A stretch of 38,996 nt of DNA from Desulfobacterales bacterium (GCA_050053515.1 JASFTQ010000006.1:1-38996), one strand, 5' to 3'. Counted from the stretch's first letter, positions 10,304 to 20,183 are shown. Made by a program: numbers and translations. The notes: a model not told the origin generated them from the letters alone.

Positions 10304-11026
10304 ATGAGTCTAAAACTTACGATCGAAGGCGCTAAGCTTATCGAGAAAGGCATCTGGAAGGCCAGGCTTAAGCCGGAAGAAACGTCGGCATTTGGTAAAT
10401 GCGACAGTAGATCTGGCCCATACAGCATTTTACTCTTAAATGATAAAGTCAACTTTAATGAAGGGACCCACAGCATCACTTTTGATCCAAATGCTACCCG
10501 CTTGTTAAACATCGGTAGCACGGAGCAGATTATCATCCTTCGCGGTGCAACGACCCAAATAGAGATCTCGGCGACACCCCAGAAACCGATGCCTGCCATA
10601 AAGAAAGCCACGAGTGATACACCCCGAAAGGAATCCCAGGAGGGGAAAATTACTGAATATGAGCTGGCAGATGCGCTTTCGACCGGAGATAAGCTGTTCC
10701 TCAGCGAACTGCCACCCGAGATGCGCGAAATGGGTGAACAGTTGCTTTCGGAAGTCAGGGGCGAATTCAAAGGTGAACTGACCTACGAACCGCGCTCGGC
10801 AAAGTTTGACGAAACGCCTGAGATTTTTTGGACGATAAAAATTCAGCCGCAAGATAAATCACTGCGAATAACGGTACGCGGAACTCCTGACACATTCCCA
10901 CTTATTGAGGGGGTTGATTTAAAAGTGGATAAATTCGGTTATTCGGCATTTGTCATCACGCACAAGGGACAGGTTTCCGGTGCGGTGACCGCCATTCGAC
11001 AGGGTGCCAAGAATATGGAAGATTGA
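10304..11026 (+). CDS. Hypothetical protein of about 240 aa with no recognisable domain, translationally coupled to glnE.
   Basis: The ORF is open from 10235, and an ATG at 10304 is preceded by a G-rich RBS (GGGGGGGG). Its stop TGA at 11024-11026 overlaps the glnE start. No signal peptide or known motif was seen. Confidence 0.45.
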   Translation: MSLKLTIEGAKLIEKGIWKARLKPEETSAFGKCDSRSGPYSILLLNDKVNFNEGTHSITFDPNATRLLNIGSTEQIIILRGATTQIEISATPQKPMPAIKKATSDTPRKESQEGKITEYELADALSTGDKLFLSELPPEMREMGEQLLSEVRGEFKGELTYEPRSAKFDETPEIFWTIKIQPQDKSLRITVRGTPDTFPLIEGVDLKVDKFGYSAFVITHKGQVSGAVTAIRQGAKNMED

Positions 11027-13905
11027 ATGTGAAGGATATAAATGATTTTCCGGCTGAACTGAGAAATGAAGCCGGTATAAAATGGGATGGTTTTTGCAAC
11101 GCCGCCCGAAAACAGCAGTTGCTCCCGCCGGTTGACCGCGAGTTTTTCAATATCGCCGTACGCATTTTCGTGTTCAGCGACTTCGTATCAAATTCCTGCA
11201 TGCGCGAACCCGAATTGTTGCTTAATTTGGTTGAAAGTGGTGATTTATATTCAAAATATCAAGGGGCAACCTACCAGCGGAAAATTGAAAAGGCGCTTGC
11301 CGGAATTAAAAAAGAGGCACAACTTGAGCAGGTTCTACGGCGCTTGCGCTGCCGAGAGATGATAAGAATAGCCTGGCGCGATTTGGCCGGTTGGACAAAG
11401 CTTTCGGAAACCCTGTCTGATCTCTCAACTTTTGCCGACGCTTGTATTGATCAGACGGTTGCCGTCCTATATCGATGGCAATGCGCTGAAGAAGGGACCC
11501 CTCAGGGAGCCGATGGTTCACCCCAGCAACTGGTTGTAATCGGTATGGGAAAGCTCGGTGGCCGGGAGCTGAACTTTTCTTCCGACGTTGACCTTATTTT
11601 CGCCTTTCCCGAAATCGGTGAAACCAAAGGTGGGCCGCGGTCGACAAGCAATGTAGATTTTTTTGTGCGTCTGTGTCGCCGTTTGATTAAGGTGTTGGGT
11701 AAAACCACGATTGATGGTTTCGTGTTCAGAATTGACACGCGTCTTCGCCCGCATGGTGAAAGCGGTCCCCTAGTGATGAACTTCGACGCTATGGAGCGAT
11801 ATTACCAGCGAGAGGGGCGTGAGTGGGAGCGTTACGCCTGGATAAAGGCCAGAATCGTCGCTGGTGACAAGGCCGCGGGCCGGCATCTCCTGCAGAGACT
11901 GAATCCCTTTGTCTACCGCAGGTACCTTGACTTCGGTGCTTTTGAGTCCTTAAGAGACATGAAAGAAAAAATCGCCCTCGAAGTGAACCGTAAAGGTTTA
12001 AAAGATAACATCAAACTCGGCCCCGGGGGCATTCGCGAAGTTGAATTTTTCGGTCAGGTATTTCAACTCATCCGGGGAGGCGTGGCACAGTCATTGCAGA
12101 CTCCGAGCATTCAAATCGCACTGAAAACCCTTGCTCGGGAAAACTATATCTCTTGGCAAGTAAGCCAGGAACTGAATGGTGCCTATGAAATGTTGCGGAC
12201 CGTCGAAAACCGCCTGCAGGAATTTTCTGACCAGCAAACACACCTGCTTCCATCAAATCCGATGGAAATGACGCGCCTGGCCCTCTCCCTGGACTTCGCT
12301 GATCCCGTAACTTTCATGCACCAGTTAGATGGCCAGCGGCAACGGGTTCATAGCCATTTCTCAATGCTATTGGAAGGAGACGATTTAGATCAAAAGAATA
12401 AACAACGCGAAAAGGTATTTGAGGCCATCTGGTTGGATCTGCTTGAAAAGGATGAGGCCAAAGAACATTTGTCGGCGGCCGGGTTTGAAACACCCGAACG
12501 GATATTAACGCGGCTGGATCACCTCCGACAGGATACCACCAGACGGTTGCAGGCCATCGCAGGGCGGAGGCGCCTCGATAAATTGATGCCCTTGCTATTG
12601 ATTGCAGCGGGCAGATCCGAATATCCTCTGATGACATTTACGCGCATCATTGAGCTGATCAAGGCCATCGCAGGGCGGGCATCATATTTATCCCTTCTGC
12701 TGGAGAATCCAACATCTCTCAGTCATCTGGTCAAACTTGTCGAGTCCAGCGCTTTCATCGCTTCTTTTCTGTCACAGCACCCCGTGCTTTTAGATGAACT
12801 TTTAGACGCGCGCACGCTATATCTTCCTCCCAGCCGGCAAGAACTTGAACAAGAACTTCGCCGACGCATGGATCGCCTTCCCGATGATTTTGAATATCAA
12901 ATTGAGGAGCTGCGGATATTTAAACAGGCGTCCGTCTTTCGGGTGGTCACGGCCGATGTGACCGAGGTGTTACCCCTCATGCGCGTAAGTGACCACCTGT
13001 CGGATATCGCGGAGACTGTATTAAACGAGGTTTTCAGGCTGGCCTGGGATTATCTGGTCGGCAGGTACGGCAAACCGATCTGTATTCTAAACGGAAAATC
13101 CTGTGATCAGGGTTTTGCCGTGATTGCCTACGGTAAGCTGGGGGGATTGGAACTGGGATATAGTTCCGATTTGGATCTGGTGTTTCTGCATGCAGCCGCC
13201 GAGGGTCGGACCCAAAACGGCGAATCGGCCATAGACAATCGTCAATTTTTCGCACGTTTGGGTCAACGCGTCATTCATATACTCGCAGTGCCCACCCGGG
13301 CCGGGGTTCTGTACGAAGCCGATATGCGATTACGTCCAAGCGGTGAGGCGGGAATCTTGGTCAGCCACATTGAGTCGTTCGGGGATTACCAGAAAAAAGA
13401 TGCCTGGACATGGGAACATCAGGCACTCATCCGGGCAAGGGCCGTTGGCGGCCACCCTCTGCTGAGGCAGCGTTTTGAGACCCTGCGAAAATCTGTGCTT
13501 GCGCGGCCCCGCAAAAAATCGCAGCTTCAACGAGACGTTGTCGGCATGCGGGAGCGCCTGAGGAGAGAACATTTGCGGAAGGACACCGGCCTTTTTGATC
13601 TTAAACAGGACACCGGCGGAATAGTGGATATAGAATTTCTGGTTCAATATCTCGTTCTCTTAAAATCATATGATAATCACGAATTGCTGGCGTGGACCGA
13701 CAATGTCAGGCTGATACAAACCTTGCTTGAAACCGGTGTGTTCGACGAGTGGACGGCCCATTTACTTAAACATGCTTACCTTATTTATCGGGCCACCGCT
13801 CACAAACTCAGCCTTCAGGAAAAACCGGCGCTAATACCGGCGGATAAATTTCAATACCTCAGAGAAAAAGTGGAAAATATCTGGCAAAGATTTCTCTTAC
13901 AATGA
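11023..13905 (+). CDS. glnE: Bifunctional glutamine synthetase adenylyltransferase / adenylyl-removing enzyme.
   Basis: Two nucleotidyltransferase domains carry GKLGGRELNFSSDVDLIF and GKLGGLELGYSSDLDLVF. The length is about 960 aa. The N-terminus is GlnE-like (IRIAWRDL...). Confidence 0.9.
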   Translation: MNVKDINDFPAELRNEAGIKWDGFCNAARKQQLLPPVDREFFNIAVRIFVFSDFVSNSCMREPELLLNLVESGDLYSKYQGATYQRKIEKALAGIKKEAQLEQVLRRLRCREMIRIAWRDLAGWTKLSETLSDLSTFADACIDQTVAVLYRWQCAEEGTPQGADGSPQQLVVIGMGKLGGRELNFSSDVDLIFAFPEIGETKGGPRSTSNVDFFVRLCRRLIKVLGKTTIDGFVFRIDTRLRPHGESGPLVMNFDAMERYYQREGREWERYAWIKARIVAGDKAAGRHLLQRLNPFVYRRYLDFGAFESLRDMKEKIALEVNRKGLKDNIKLGPGGIREVEFFGQVFQLIRGGVAQSLQTPSIQIALKTLARENYISWQVSQELNGAYEMLRTVENRLQEFSDQQTHLLPSNPMEMTRLALSLDFADPVTFMHQLDGQRQRVHSHFSMLLEGDDLDQKNKQREKVFEAIWLDLLEKDEAKEHLSAAGFETPERILTRLDHLRQDTTRRLQAIAGRRRLDKLMPLLLIAAGRSEYPLMTFTRIIELIKAIAGRASYLSLLLENPTSLSHLVKLVESSAFIASFLSQHPVLLDELLDARTLYLPPSRQELEQELRRRMDRLPDDFEYQIEELRIFKQASVFRVVTADVTEVLPLMRVSDHLSDIAETVLNEVFRLAWDYLVGRYGKPICILNGKSCDQGFAVIAYGKLGGLELGYSSDLDLVFLHAAAEGRTQNGESAIDNRQFFARLGQRVIHILAVPTRAGVLYEADMRLRPSGEAGILVSHIESFGDYQKKDAWTWEHQALIRARAVGGHPLLRQRFETLRKSVLARPRKKSQLQRDVVGMRERLRREHLRKDTGLFDLKQDTGGIVDIEFLVQYLVLLKSYDNHELLAWTDNVRLIQTLLETGVFDEWTAHLLKHAYLIYRATAHKLSLQEKPALIPADKFQYLREKVENIWQRFLLQ

Positions 13906-16541
13906 ACGCAACCCCTGACACTATTCTAAAAACCCTGCAAAAAAAGCGCGAGCTGTTACTCAAGCGTTTATCACAACTAGAATCAACGACATTCTTGATG
14001 CGGCATGCCCAGATAATTGATGATTATTTCCGGGAAAGCTTCCAGGCCAGTAAGGTGGGCCCTCGAATAGACATTGTCAAAAACCCATATACTTTTATCG
14101 CACTGGGCGGGTATGGCCGCAGCGAGCAGTGCTTCCATTCAGATATCGACCTGTTGTTTCTTTTCAAAAGCGGAATTCCCGATAGGGCTGAGAACCTTAT
14201 TCAAGAAATCATATACCCGCTATGGGATATCGGCTTGAAAGTCGGCTATGCGGTGCGCTCTTTAGGGGAATGTCTGCAATTGGCCGCAAATAACTATGAA
14301 GTGCTCACACCCCTTTTGGACGCCCGCTTTATTTGCGGAATATCCACCCTATTCTCTGAACTTATGGAGCAGTTGCACACAAAATTCATGATGCGACGGT
14401 CCCGCAAAATTATTAATTGGCTGATCGACAGCAACCGTCAACGGCATGGGTATTTTGGTGACTCTACCTACCGCTTGGAACCAAATTTAAAAGAGGGCCA
14501 GGGCGGGTTGCGTGACTACCACACGATGCTCTGGCTGGCGCGAATCAAGTTTCAACTCAAACACCGTCGAGATCTCGAATACTTAGGTCTGCTTTCTCAT
14601 GATGAATTTCACCAACTGAGCCAGGCCCTTTCCTTTATCTGGCAGGTACGCAACCGGCTGCATATGATAACCGCAAGAAAATGCGACCAGCTTCACTTTG
14701 AGAACCAAATTAAGTTGGCGGTGTCTTTAAAATATAAAAAAGGCAATGGACAATACGCGGTGGAAAAGTTCCTGGCGGATCTTCACAGTCAAATGGACTT
14801 CATCAAACAACAACATCTCATGTTTTTGTATGAACTTGGATACGCCGCCAGACGCAGACCTCGCAAGTTGCCCGCCAAGAAGACAAAAATTAAGGGACTG
14901 GTCGTAAAAAAGGATATGCTGAACTTCAGTTCTTCTGAGAAAACATTGCGATATCCGAGTCTTATGATCCAAATATTTGAAGAAAGTGTTCGCCTGAAAA
15001 TACCGCTGAGCCCGGAAGCCAAAAGACTGGTGAAGGAACTCGGTTATCTTGCAGATGAAAATTTCAGCACTGCCGCCGCTACGGTTAAATCTTTGGAGCG
15101 CATTTTATCTGCACCGGCACCTACTTTCAATGTGCTCAAAGAAATGCTGAATACGGGTTTTTTGGTAAAGCTGATTCCCGAATTTCACGGGATCGTCAAT
15201 CGAATTCAATACGATGCGTATCATCTTTATCCGGTCGACAAACATTTGCTGCGGACCGTTGAAACCATCAAGAATTTCAGCCAAAGTCAAGACACCAAAT
15301 TGGAGCCGCTGTGCCGCAATCTATACCGGGAACTCAAAAAGCGAAAACTTCTTCTGTGGGCCGCGTTGCTGCATGATATCGGCAAAGGCGGAACCCGCAA
15401 GAAACACTCGGATACCGGAGCTGATATGACAAGATATATTTTGGCATTGCGCGGCTTTAGGCCTAAAGACGTCGAAACCGTATCATTTTTGGTCGAAAAG
15501 CATCTCTTCCTGATAAAGACGGCCACCCGCAGGGACATTTTTGATGAAGAGACAGCTATCATGTGTGCCCGGGAAATCGGTGACATCGAGCGACTCAAAA
15601 TGCTGTATTTACTCACCGTGGCCGATTCGAAGTCGACCGGCCCGCATGCCTGGAACGAGTGGACGGCCACCCTTTTGCAGGATCTTTTTCTTAAAGTCGT
15701 GAACATCATCGAAAAAGGCGAACTGGCGAGCCGCGAAGCCATTGCGGGGGTTAACCATAAAAAAGAAGTCGTTTTAAAGACTGCCCCCACAAAACAAGAG
15801 CGCCGTGAGTTGGAAGAAATATTCAGCGTACTGTCGCCGAGATATCTTCTTTATGCAACTTCCGATCAGCTTTTAGAAGATATCTCCCGCTACCGGCGCC
15901 TGAGGGGAAAAGAATTTGTCTGGAATATCACCCGAACCGCCGATACATTCAGAAGAACGGTTAAAATCTGCGCCAAGGATCGCCCCGGTCTTTTTTCGAA
16001 AATTGCGGGAGTTTTCACGTTGAATAACATTGATATTATCGATGCCCAGATTTTCACCTGGCGCAACAATATCGCCGTGGATGTTTTCGAGGTCAAACCG
16101 CCGCCGGATCCGGTATTTGAGGATGAGCGCTGGATGCGGGCCGAAGAGAACCTGGCATCGGCCTTGCAGGATCAATTAGATCTCACATCGTCTTTAAGGC
16201 ATAAGCTGCGCAGATACCGGATCCAAAAACGTCCCACCGCAATACGGCCACAGCGTGTCGCGGTGGACAATACCAGTTCCAGTTTTTTCACAATCGTGGA
16301 GGTTTTTAGCTACGACTTTCCGGGTCTTCTGTACAGCATCACGGATGCCCTTTTTCGCTGCAAGCTGGACATCTGGGTCGCCAAAATCTCCACCAAGGTC
16401 GATCAGGTCGTCGATGTTTTTTATGTCAGGGATTTCGACGGCCAAAAAGCGGACTCTCCGGAACAGGAAAACATGATAAAAGCAACCATCAAAGAAAAAT
16501 TATTTGATACTCGGCCGAAAGAAAACAAAGCACCCATTTAG
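13902..16541 (+). CDS. glnD: [Protein-PII] uridylyltransferase / uridylyl-removing enzyme.
   Basis: It has the NTase motif GGYGRSEQCFHSDIDLLFLF and an HD domain (H..YPVDKH ... LLHDIGKG), followed by two C-terminal ACT domains. Its start overlaps the glnE stop in the ATGA arrangement. Confidence 0.9.
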   Translation: MNATPDTILKTLQKKRELLLKRLSQLESTTFLMRHAQIIDDYFRESFQASKVGPRIDIVKNPYTFIALGGYGRSEQCFHSDIDLLFLFKSGIPDRAENLIQEIIYPLWDIGLKVGYAVRSLGECLQLAANNYEVLTPLLDARFICGISTLFSELMEQLHTKFMMRRSRKIINWLIDSNRQRHGYFGDSTYRLEPNLKEGQGGLRDYHTMLWLARIKFQLKHRRDLEYLGLLSHDEFHQLSQALSFIWQVRNRLHMITARKCDQLHFENQIKLAVSLKYKKGNGQYAVEKFLADLHSQMDFIKQQHLMFLYELGYAARRRPRKLPAKKTKIKGLVVKKDMLNFSSSEKTLRYPSLMIQIFEESVRLKIPLSPEAKRLVKELGYLADENFSTAAATVKSLERILSAPAPTFNVLKEMLNTGFLVKLIPEFHGIVNRIQYDAYHLYPVDKHLLRTVETIKNFSQSQDTKLEPLCRNLYRELKKRKLLLWAALLHDIGKGGTRKKHSDTGADMTRYILALRGFRPKDVETVSFLVEKHLFLIKTATRRDIFDEETAIMCAREIGDIERLKMLYLLTVADSKSTGPHAWNEWTATLLQDLFLKVVNIIEKGELASREAIAGVNHKKEVVLKTAPTKQERRELEEIFSVLSPRYLLYATSDQLLEDISRYRRLRGKEFVWNITRTADTFRRTVKICAKDRPGLFSKIAGVFTLNNIDIIDAQIFTWRNNIAVDVFEVKPPPDPVFEDERWMRAEENLASALQDQLDLTSSLRHKLRRYRIQKRPTAIRPQRVAVDNTSSSFFTIVEVFSYDFPGLLYSITDALFRCKLDIWVAKISTKVDQVVDVFYVRDFDGQKADSPEQENMIKATIKEKLFDTRPKENKAPI

Positions 16542-16824
16542 CTTAATTCGACCTTGGAAAATATCTATGCCTTCAGCCTCTTAACTACCTGCATCACCCA
16601 ACTACCATTCGGTTTCATCGCCTCCCACAGAGTTAGTTAGGCTCTTTGCCCTAAAAGGCGGGGCTTACAGGGGAAAAGAACCGGTCAATACTCGCGCTTC
16701 AATAAGAATGCCCGAATAATTTTGGAAAAGTGATTCCAATATCTCGCTCAACTTGAACCTCAACATACCCCTGCTAGCCCCACAATATGTTACAATCCTG
16801 GTTATATAAAAGAGAGAGTAAAAA

Positions 16825-16865
16825 TACAAATTTGTAATTTTACTAAAATTTTATACAAAAATGTA
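16825..16865 (+). promoter_or_regulatory. Candidate enhancer (UAS) palindromes TACAAATTTGTA (16825-16836) and TACAAAAATGTA (16854-16865), upstream of the sigma-54 promoter.
   Basis: The first is a perfect 12-bp palindrome and the second a related one. They lie 118 and 89 bp upstream of the -24 element in an AT-rich region, which is the usual position for an enhancer-binding-protein site. Confidence 0.3.
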
Positions 16866-16941
16866 AAATGAAAAATTTTATATTATTCTGATAATAAATT
16901 TAATAATTCGATATTATTTCTAATTTATATCAGTGTTGCCG

Positions 16942-16958
16942 TTGGCGCATTTGTTGCA
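16942..16958 (+). promoter_or_regulatory. Sigma-54 (RpoN) -24/-12 promoter, TGGCGC-N5-TTGCA.
   Basis: GTTGGCGCATTTGTTGCATC matches the TGGCAC-N5-TTGCA consensus with correct GG/GC spacing. It sits about 80 bp upstream of the P-II-like gene. Confidence 0.55.
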
Positions 16959-17036
16959 TCACACACTGTCTTTTTTACTTTAGCGGCGAATATAGGTGAC
17001 AAATGTGCTGCGTTTTTAAAAAGGGGGTCAAAACAA

Positions 17037-17375
17037 ATGAAATATATTGTGGCTATGATACAGCCCCATAAACTCACCGATGTCAAGCAGGCATTATTTG
17101 ATGAAGAGGTATACGCCATGACGGTAAGCAACGCGTTGGGGTGCGGAAACACCATGGGGTATACCGAGACCTACCGAGGAGTAAAGCAAGAAGTAAATCT
17201 TCTCAAAAAAGTACGACTTGAAATTGCGGTCAATGAGGATTTTGTTGAACGAACGATTGAAGCGATCATAAAGGGGGCGAAAACTGGAGAAATGGGCGAC
17301 GGAAAAATTTTTGTCTTGGATCTCCCGCAGTGTATCCGGATTAGAACGCTGGAAAGAGGCACCAAGGCCATCTAA
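17037..17375 (+). CDS. P-II family nitrogen-regulatory protein paralog with a divergent T-loop that lacks the Tyr51 uridylylation site.
   Basis: 112 aa. The P-II fold signatures are present (B-loop [12 protein letters not shown]-terminal RIRTLERG). The T-loop [17 protein letters not shown] replaces the canonical GRQKG...RGAEY. Confidence 0.8.
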   Translation: MKYIVAMIQPHKLTDVKQALFDEEVYAMTVSNALGCGNTMGYTETYRGVKQEVNLLKKVRLEIAVNEDFVERTIEAIIKGAKTGEMGDGKIFVLDLPQCIRIRTLERGTKAI

Positions 17376-17405
17376 TAGAAAAGAAAAAATTCAGGAGGTG
17401 CAAAC

Positions 17406-18671
17406 ATGATAGGTATCTGGACAGCAATTGCGATATTCGCAATATTGCTCATTCTGGCTTTCATCAAAGCCAATTTAAGGATTTGCCACCCCAATGAGAT
17501 ATTGGTTTTTTCGGGCAGGAAGCGAAAGCTAAAAGACGGGGCTGAAGTCGGTTATCGGGTCATTAAAGGCGGGCGGGGTCTTAAAATTCCCATCATAGAA
17601 TCTGTGACCCACCTGCCGCTGACCATCATCCCCATCGACATTGAACTCAGTGGGGCCCTCACCAATGGCCTGATACCAGTCAATATCGAAGCCATGGCCA
17701 ACATCAAAATTGCCGGCAGTGAGGAGGAAGGACTTTCCAGTGCCTTAGAGCGATTCTTAGGAAAAAATCTCAATGATATCTCACAGATCGCAAGAGAAAA
17801 TCTGGAGGGAAGCTTGCGGGGTGTTCTGGCTAAATTAACTCCGGAAGACGCCAACAATAACAGACTGGAATTTGCCGAAAAGGTTGTGCAGCAGGCTAGA
17901 GACGACCTGGGGCGACTGGGTTTGGTGCTGGACACTTTTAAAATAAAACATCTCTCTGACAACGAAGGATACCTGGATGCCATCGGACGGAAAAAGAACG
18001 CCGAGGTCAGAAGGGACGCGGAGATAGCTGAAGCCAATGCCGAGGCCGAATCAAAGCAAGTCGCAGCAGAAGCCAAGAAAAAAGGAAATGTGGCCGAAGC
18101 CGAAGCTGATGTAACCATCGTCGCAGCGGAAAATACACTGAGGGTAAAAAAGGCCGACCTGGCGGCCGTGGCGCTTCGGGCTGAAGCCAAGTCAAAAGTT
18201 GCCGGAGATATCGCCAGGATCGAAGAGGAAAAAATCCTTGAAGCTCAACGGGTCGAAATGAATAAAAACAAATATGAAGCCGATGTCATCGTGCCGGCCC
18301 AAGCAGAAAAACAAGCCATGGTGTTAAAAGCCATAGGGAATGCTGCCAGCATCGTCGAGGATGGCAAAGCAACCTCGGAAGCCGTAAAGGTAATGCGGCA
18401 GGAATGGGAGAAAGAAGACACCCGGGAACTCTTCCTCATTCAGCAACTTCCGGATATCCTGGACAAGGTGACCCGCGTGGTTTCCGACAATTTAGCTATC
18501 GACAAAGTCACCATTTTGGATAGCGGCAATGGACAGGGTATGCCATCCTATGTCAAGGGGGTTACCGGCTTTATCGTTGCGATTTTTGAGCAGATAAAAA
18601 ATGCCACCGGATTGGATATACCTGAAATACTTCAAACCAAGAGCAAATCCGTAGCAGACATTACTCGTTAG
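17406..18671 (+). CDS. Flotillin-like SPFH/band-7 membrane protein.
   Basis: An N-terminal TM helix is followed by an SPFH domain and a long Ala/Glu-rich coiled-coil (AEANAEAESKQVAAEAKKKGNVAEAEA), typical of the YqiK/FloT flotillin family. Confidence 0.6.
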   Translation: MIGIWTAIAIFAILLILAFIKANLRICHPNEILVFSGRKRKLKDGAEVGYRVIKGGRGLKIPIIESVTHLPLTIIPIDIELSGALTNGLIPVNIEAMANIKIAGSEEEGLSSALERFLGKNLNDISQIARENLEGSLRGVLAKLTPEDANNNRLEFAEKVVQQARDDLGRLGLVLDTFKIKHLSDNEGYLDAIGRKKNAEVRRDAEIAEANAEAESKQVAAEAKKKGNVAEAEADVTIVAAENTLRVKKADLAAVALRAEAKSKVAGDIARIEEEKILEAQRVEMNKNKYEADVIVPAQAEKQAMVLKAIGNAASIVEDGKATSEAVKVMRQEWEKEDTRELFLIQQLPDILDKVTRVVSDNLAIDKVTILDSGNGQGMPSYVKGVTGFIVAIFEQIKNATGLDIPEILQTKSKSVADITR

Positions 18672-18684
18672 TAAAGGTGAACAA

Positions 18685-20016
18685 ATGTTGCAGTGCAAAT
18701 CAAAAAAAGATGTCCTGAGAATTGTTAAAGACAAGGACGTAAGTTTTATCCAGTTCTGGTTTACGGACATCCTGGGCATCTTAAAATCCTTTGCCATTAC
18801 GCCATCCGAATTGGAGGTTGCTTTAGAGGAAGGAATGGGGTTTGACGGTTCTTCTATTGAGGGATTTGCCCGTATCGAGGAAAGCGACATGATCGCCATG
18901 CCGGATCCAGCTACGTTTCGGTTTCTCCCCTGGCGACCAAGTGAACGGCCGGTGGCGCGAATGTTCTGCGATATTCTCCAGCCGGATGGAACACATTATG
19001 CGGGCGACCCCCGATATGTATTGAAACGTGCATTACAAAAAGCAGCCGACAAAGGATACAAATATTATCTGGGGCCGGAGCTGGAATTTTTCTACTTTGA
19101 AAGCAGCCAAGCCCCGAAAATCCTTGACAAGGGGGGCTATTTTGATTCCCGACCTCTGGATCTGGCCGGGGACTTGAGACGTGATACGATTTTCAATCTT
19201 CAGAGCATGGGCATCCAGGTGGAATACAGCCATCATGAAGTGGCCCCCAGCCAACATGAAATTGACCTGCGCTACGATGAGGGCCTGAATATGGCTGATA
19301 AAACCATGACCTATCGCGTGGTGGTCAAGGAAGTCGCCCGAAAACACGGCGTTTACGCAACTTTTATGCCCAAACCTATTTTTGGTGAGAATGGCAGCGG
19401 CATGCATGTACATCAATCGCTTTTTCGGGGGGACATCAATGTTTTCTACGATCCCAATGACCCATATCATCTCTCTGATGTTGCCAAATCGTTTATTGCA
19501 GGAATTATGCGACATGCCCGAGAAATTGTAGGTGTCACCAATCAGTGGGTCAACTCATATAAACGGCTGGTTCCGGGCTACGAAGCCCCAGTCTATATCT
19601 CATGGGCCCGGCGCAACCGCTCGACCATGATTCGTGTGCCGAACTACAAACCCGGCAAAGAAGTGGCCACGCGCATTGAATTCCGCTCTCCCGATCCTTC
19701 CTGCAATCCTTATCTGGCCTTTGCTGTGATGCTGGCAGCGGGCTTGAAGGGTATTGACGGCAACTATCCTCTGTCAGATCCCATCGAAGAGGATATTTAC
19801 GAGATGAATGAGGCGGCTAGACAGCGCAGCGGGATTGTATCACTGCCGGGCAGCCTGTTTGAAGCAATTCAGGAGTTGGAAAAGAGTCAACTGGTAAGAG
19901 AAACGCTCGGTGATCATATTTATCAACAGTTCATCGCCAATAAAAAAATTGAATGGAATCGCTTCCGAACCCACGTCAGTGAATATGAGATCAAAAATCA
20001 CCTGCCACGGCTCTAA
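18685..20016 (+). CDS. glnA: Glutamine synthetase, type I-alpha-like (443 aa), with no adenylylation motif.
   Basis: GS catalytic motifs are present ([44 protein letters not shown]). The NLYDLP-type Tyr motif is absent. The gene starts 13 nt after the flotillin stop. Confidence 0.9.
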   Translation: MLQCKSKKDVLRIVKDKDVSFIQFWFTDILGILKSFAITPSELEVALEEGMGFDGSSIEGFARIEESDMIAMPDPATFRFLPWRPSERPVARMFCDILQPDGTHYAGDPRYVLKRALQKAADKGYKYYLGPELEFFYFESSQAPKILDKGGYFDSRPLDLAGDLRRDTIFNLQSMGIQVEYSHHEVAPSQHEIDLRYDEGLNMADKTMTYRVVVKEVARKHGVYATFMPKPIFGENGSGMHVHQSLFRGDINVFYDPNDPYHLSDVAKSFIAGIMRHAREIVGVTNQWVNSYKRLVPGYEAPVYISWARRNRSTMIRVPNYKPGKEVATRIEFRSPDPSCNPYLAFAVMLAAGLKGIDGNYPLSDPIEEDIYEMNEAARQRSGIVSLPGSLFEAIQELEKSQLVRETLGDHIYQQFIANKKIEWNRFRTHVSEYEIKNHLPRL

Positions 20017-20183
20017 CCGCCAGGCCGGGATCACAATAAAGAATGTATGCCTGAGGTGAGTTATAGCAAGCGTTTAGGGTATTGCTTGTTCTTTCTCAGT
20101 CTGGCTCCGTCGAGTTTAAAAATTGCTGGGTCGATAATACAAATCGGCCAGATGACAAGGCTGAACAACGATAAGGAGATGAA

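Noticed and set aside
16542-16700. Terminator-like GCCCTAAAAGGCGGGGC downstream of glnD
   Set aside because: The stem is imperfect and short, and no U-tract follows.
17552-18190. 212-aa Ala/Ser-rich ORF, plus 18007-18195, antisense to the flotillin gene
   Set aside because: Translating a GC-rich, Ala/Glu coiled-coil region on the opposite strand gives long low-complexity ORFs. The sense-strand flotillin has real domain structure.
20017-20183. Sigma-54 -24/-12 elements upstream of amtB, and at 21552-21772 upstream of glnK
   Set aside because: An eye scan for GG-N10-GC with flanking TGGCAC/TTGCA found no match with correct spacing. The nearest, GAATGTTGCATCC at 21616, lacks a -24 GG. Only the 16943 promoter is reported.
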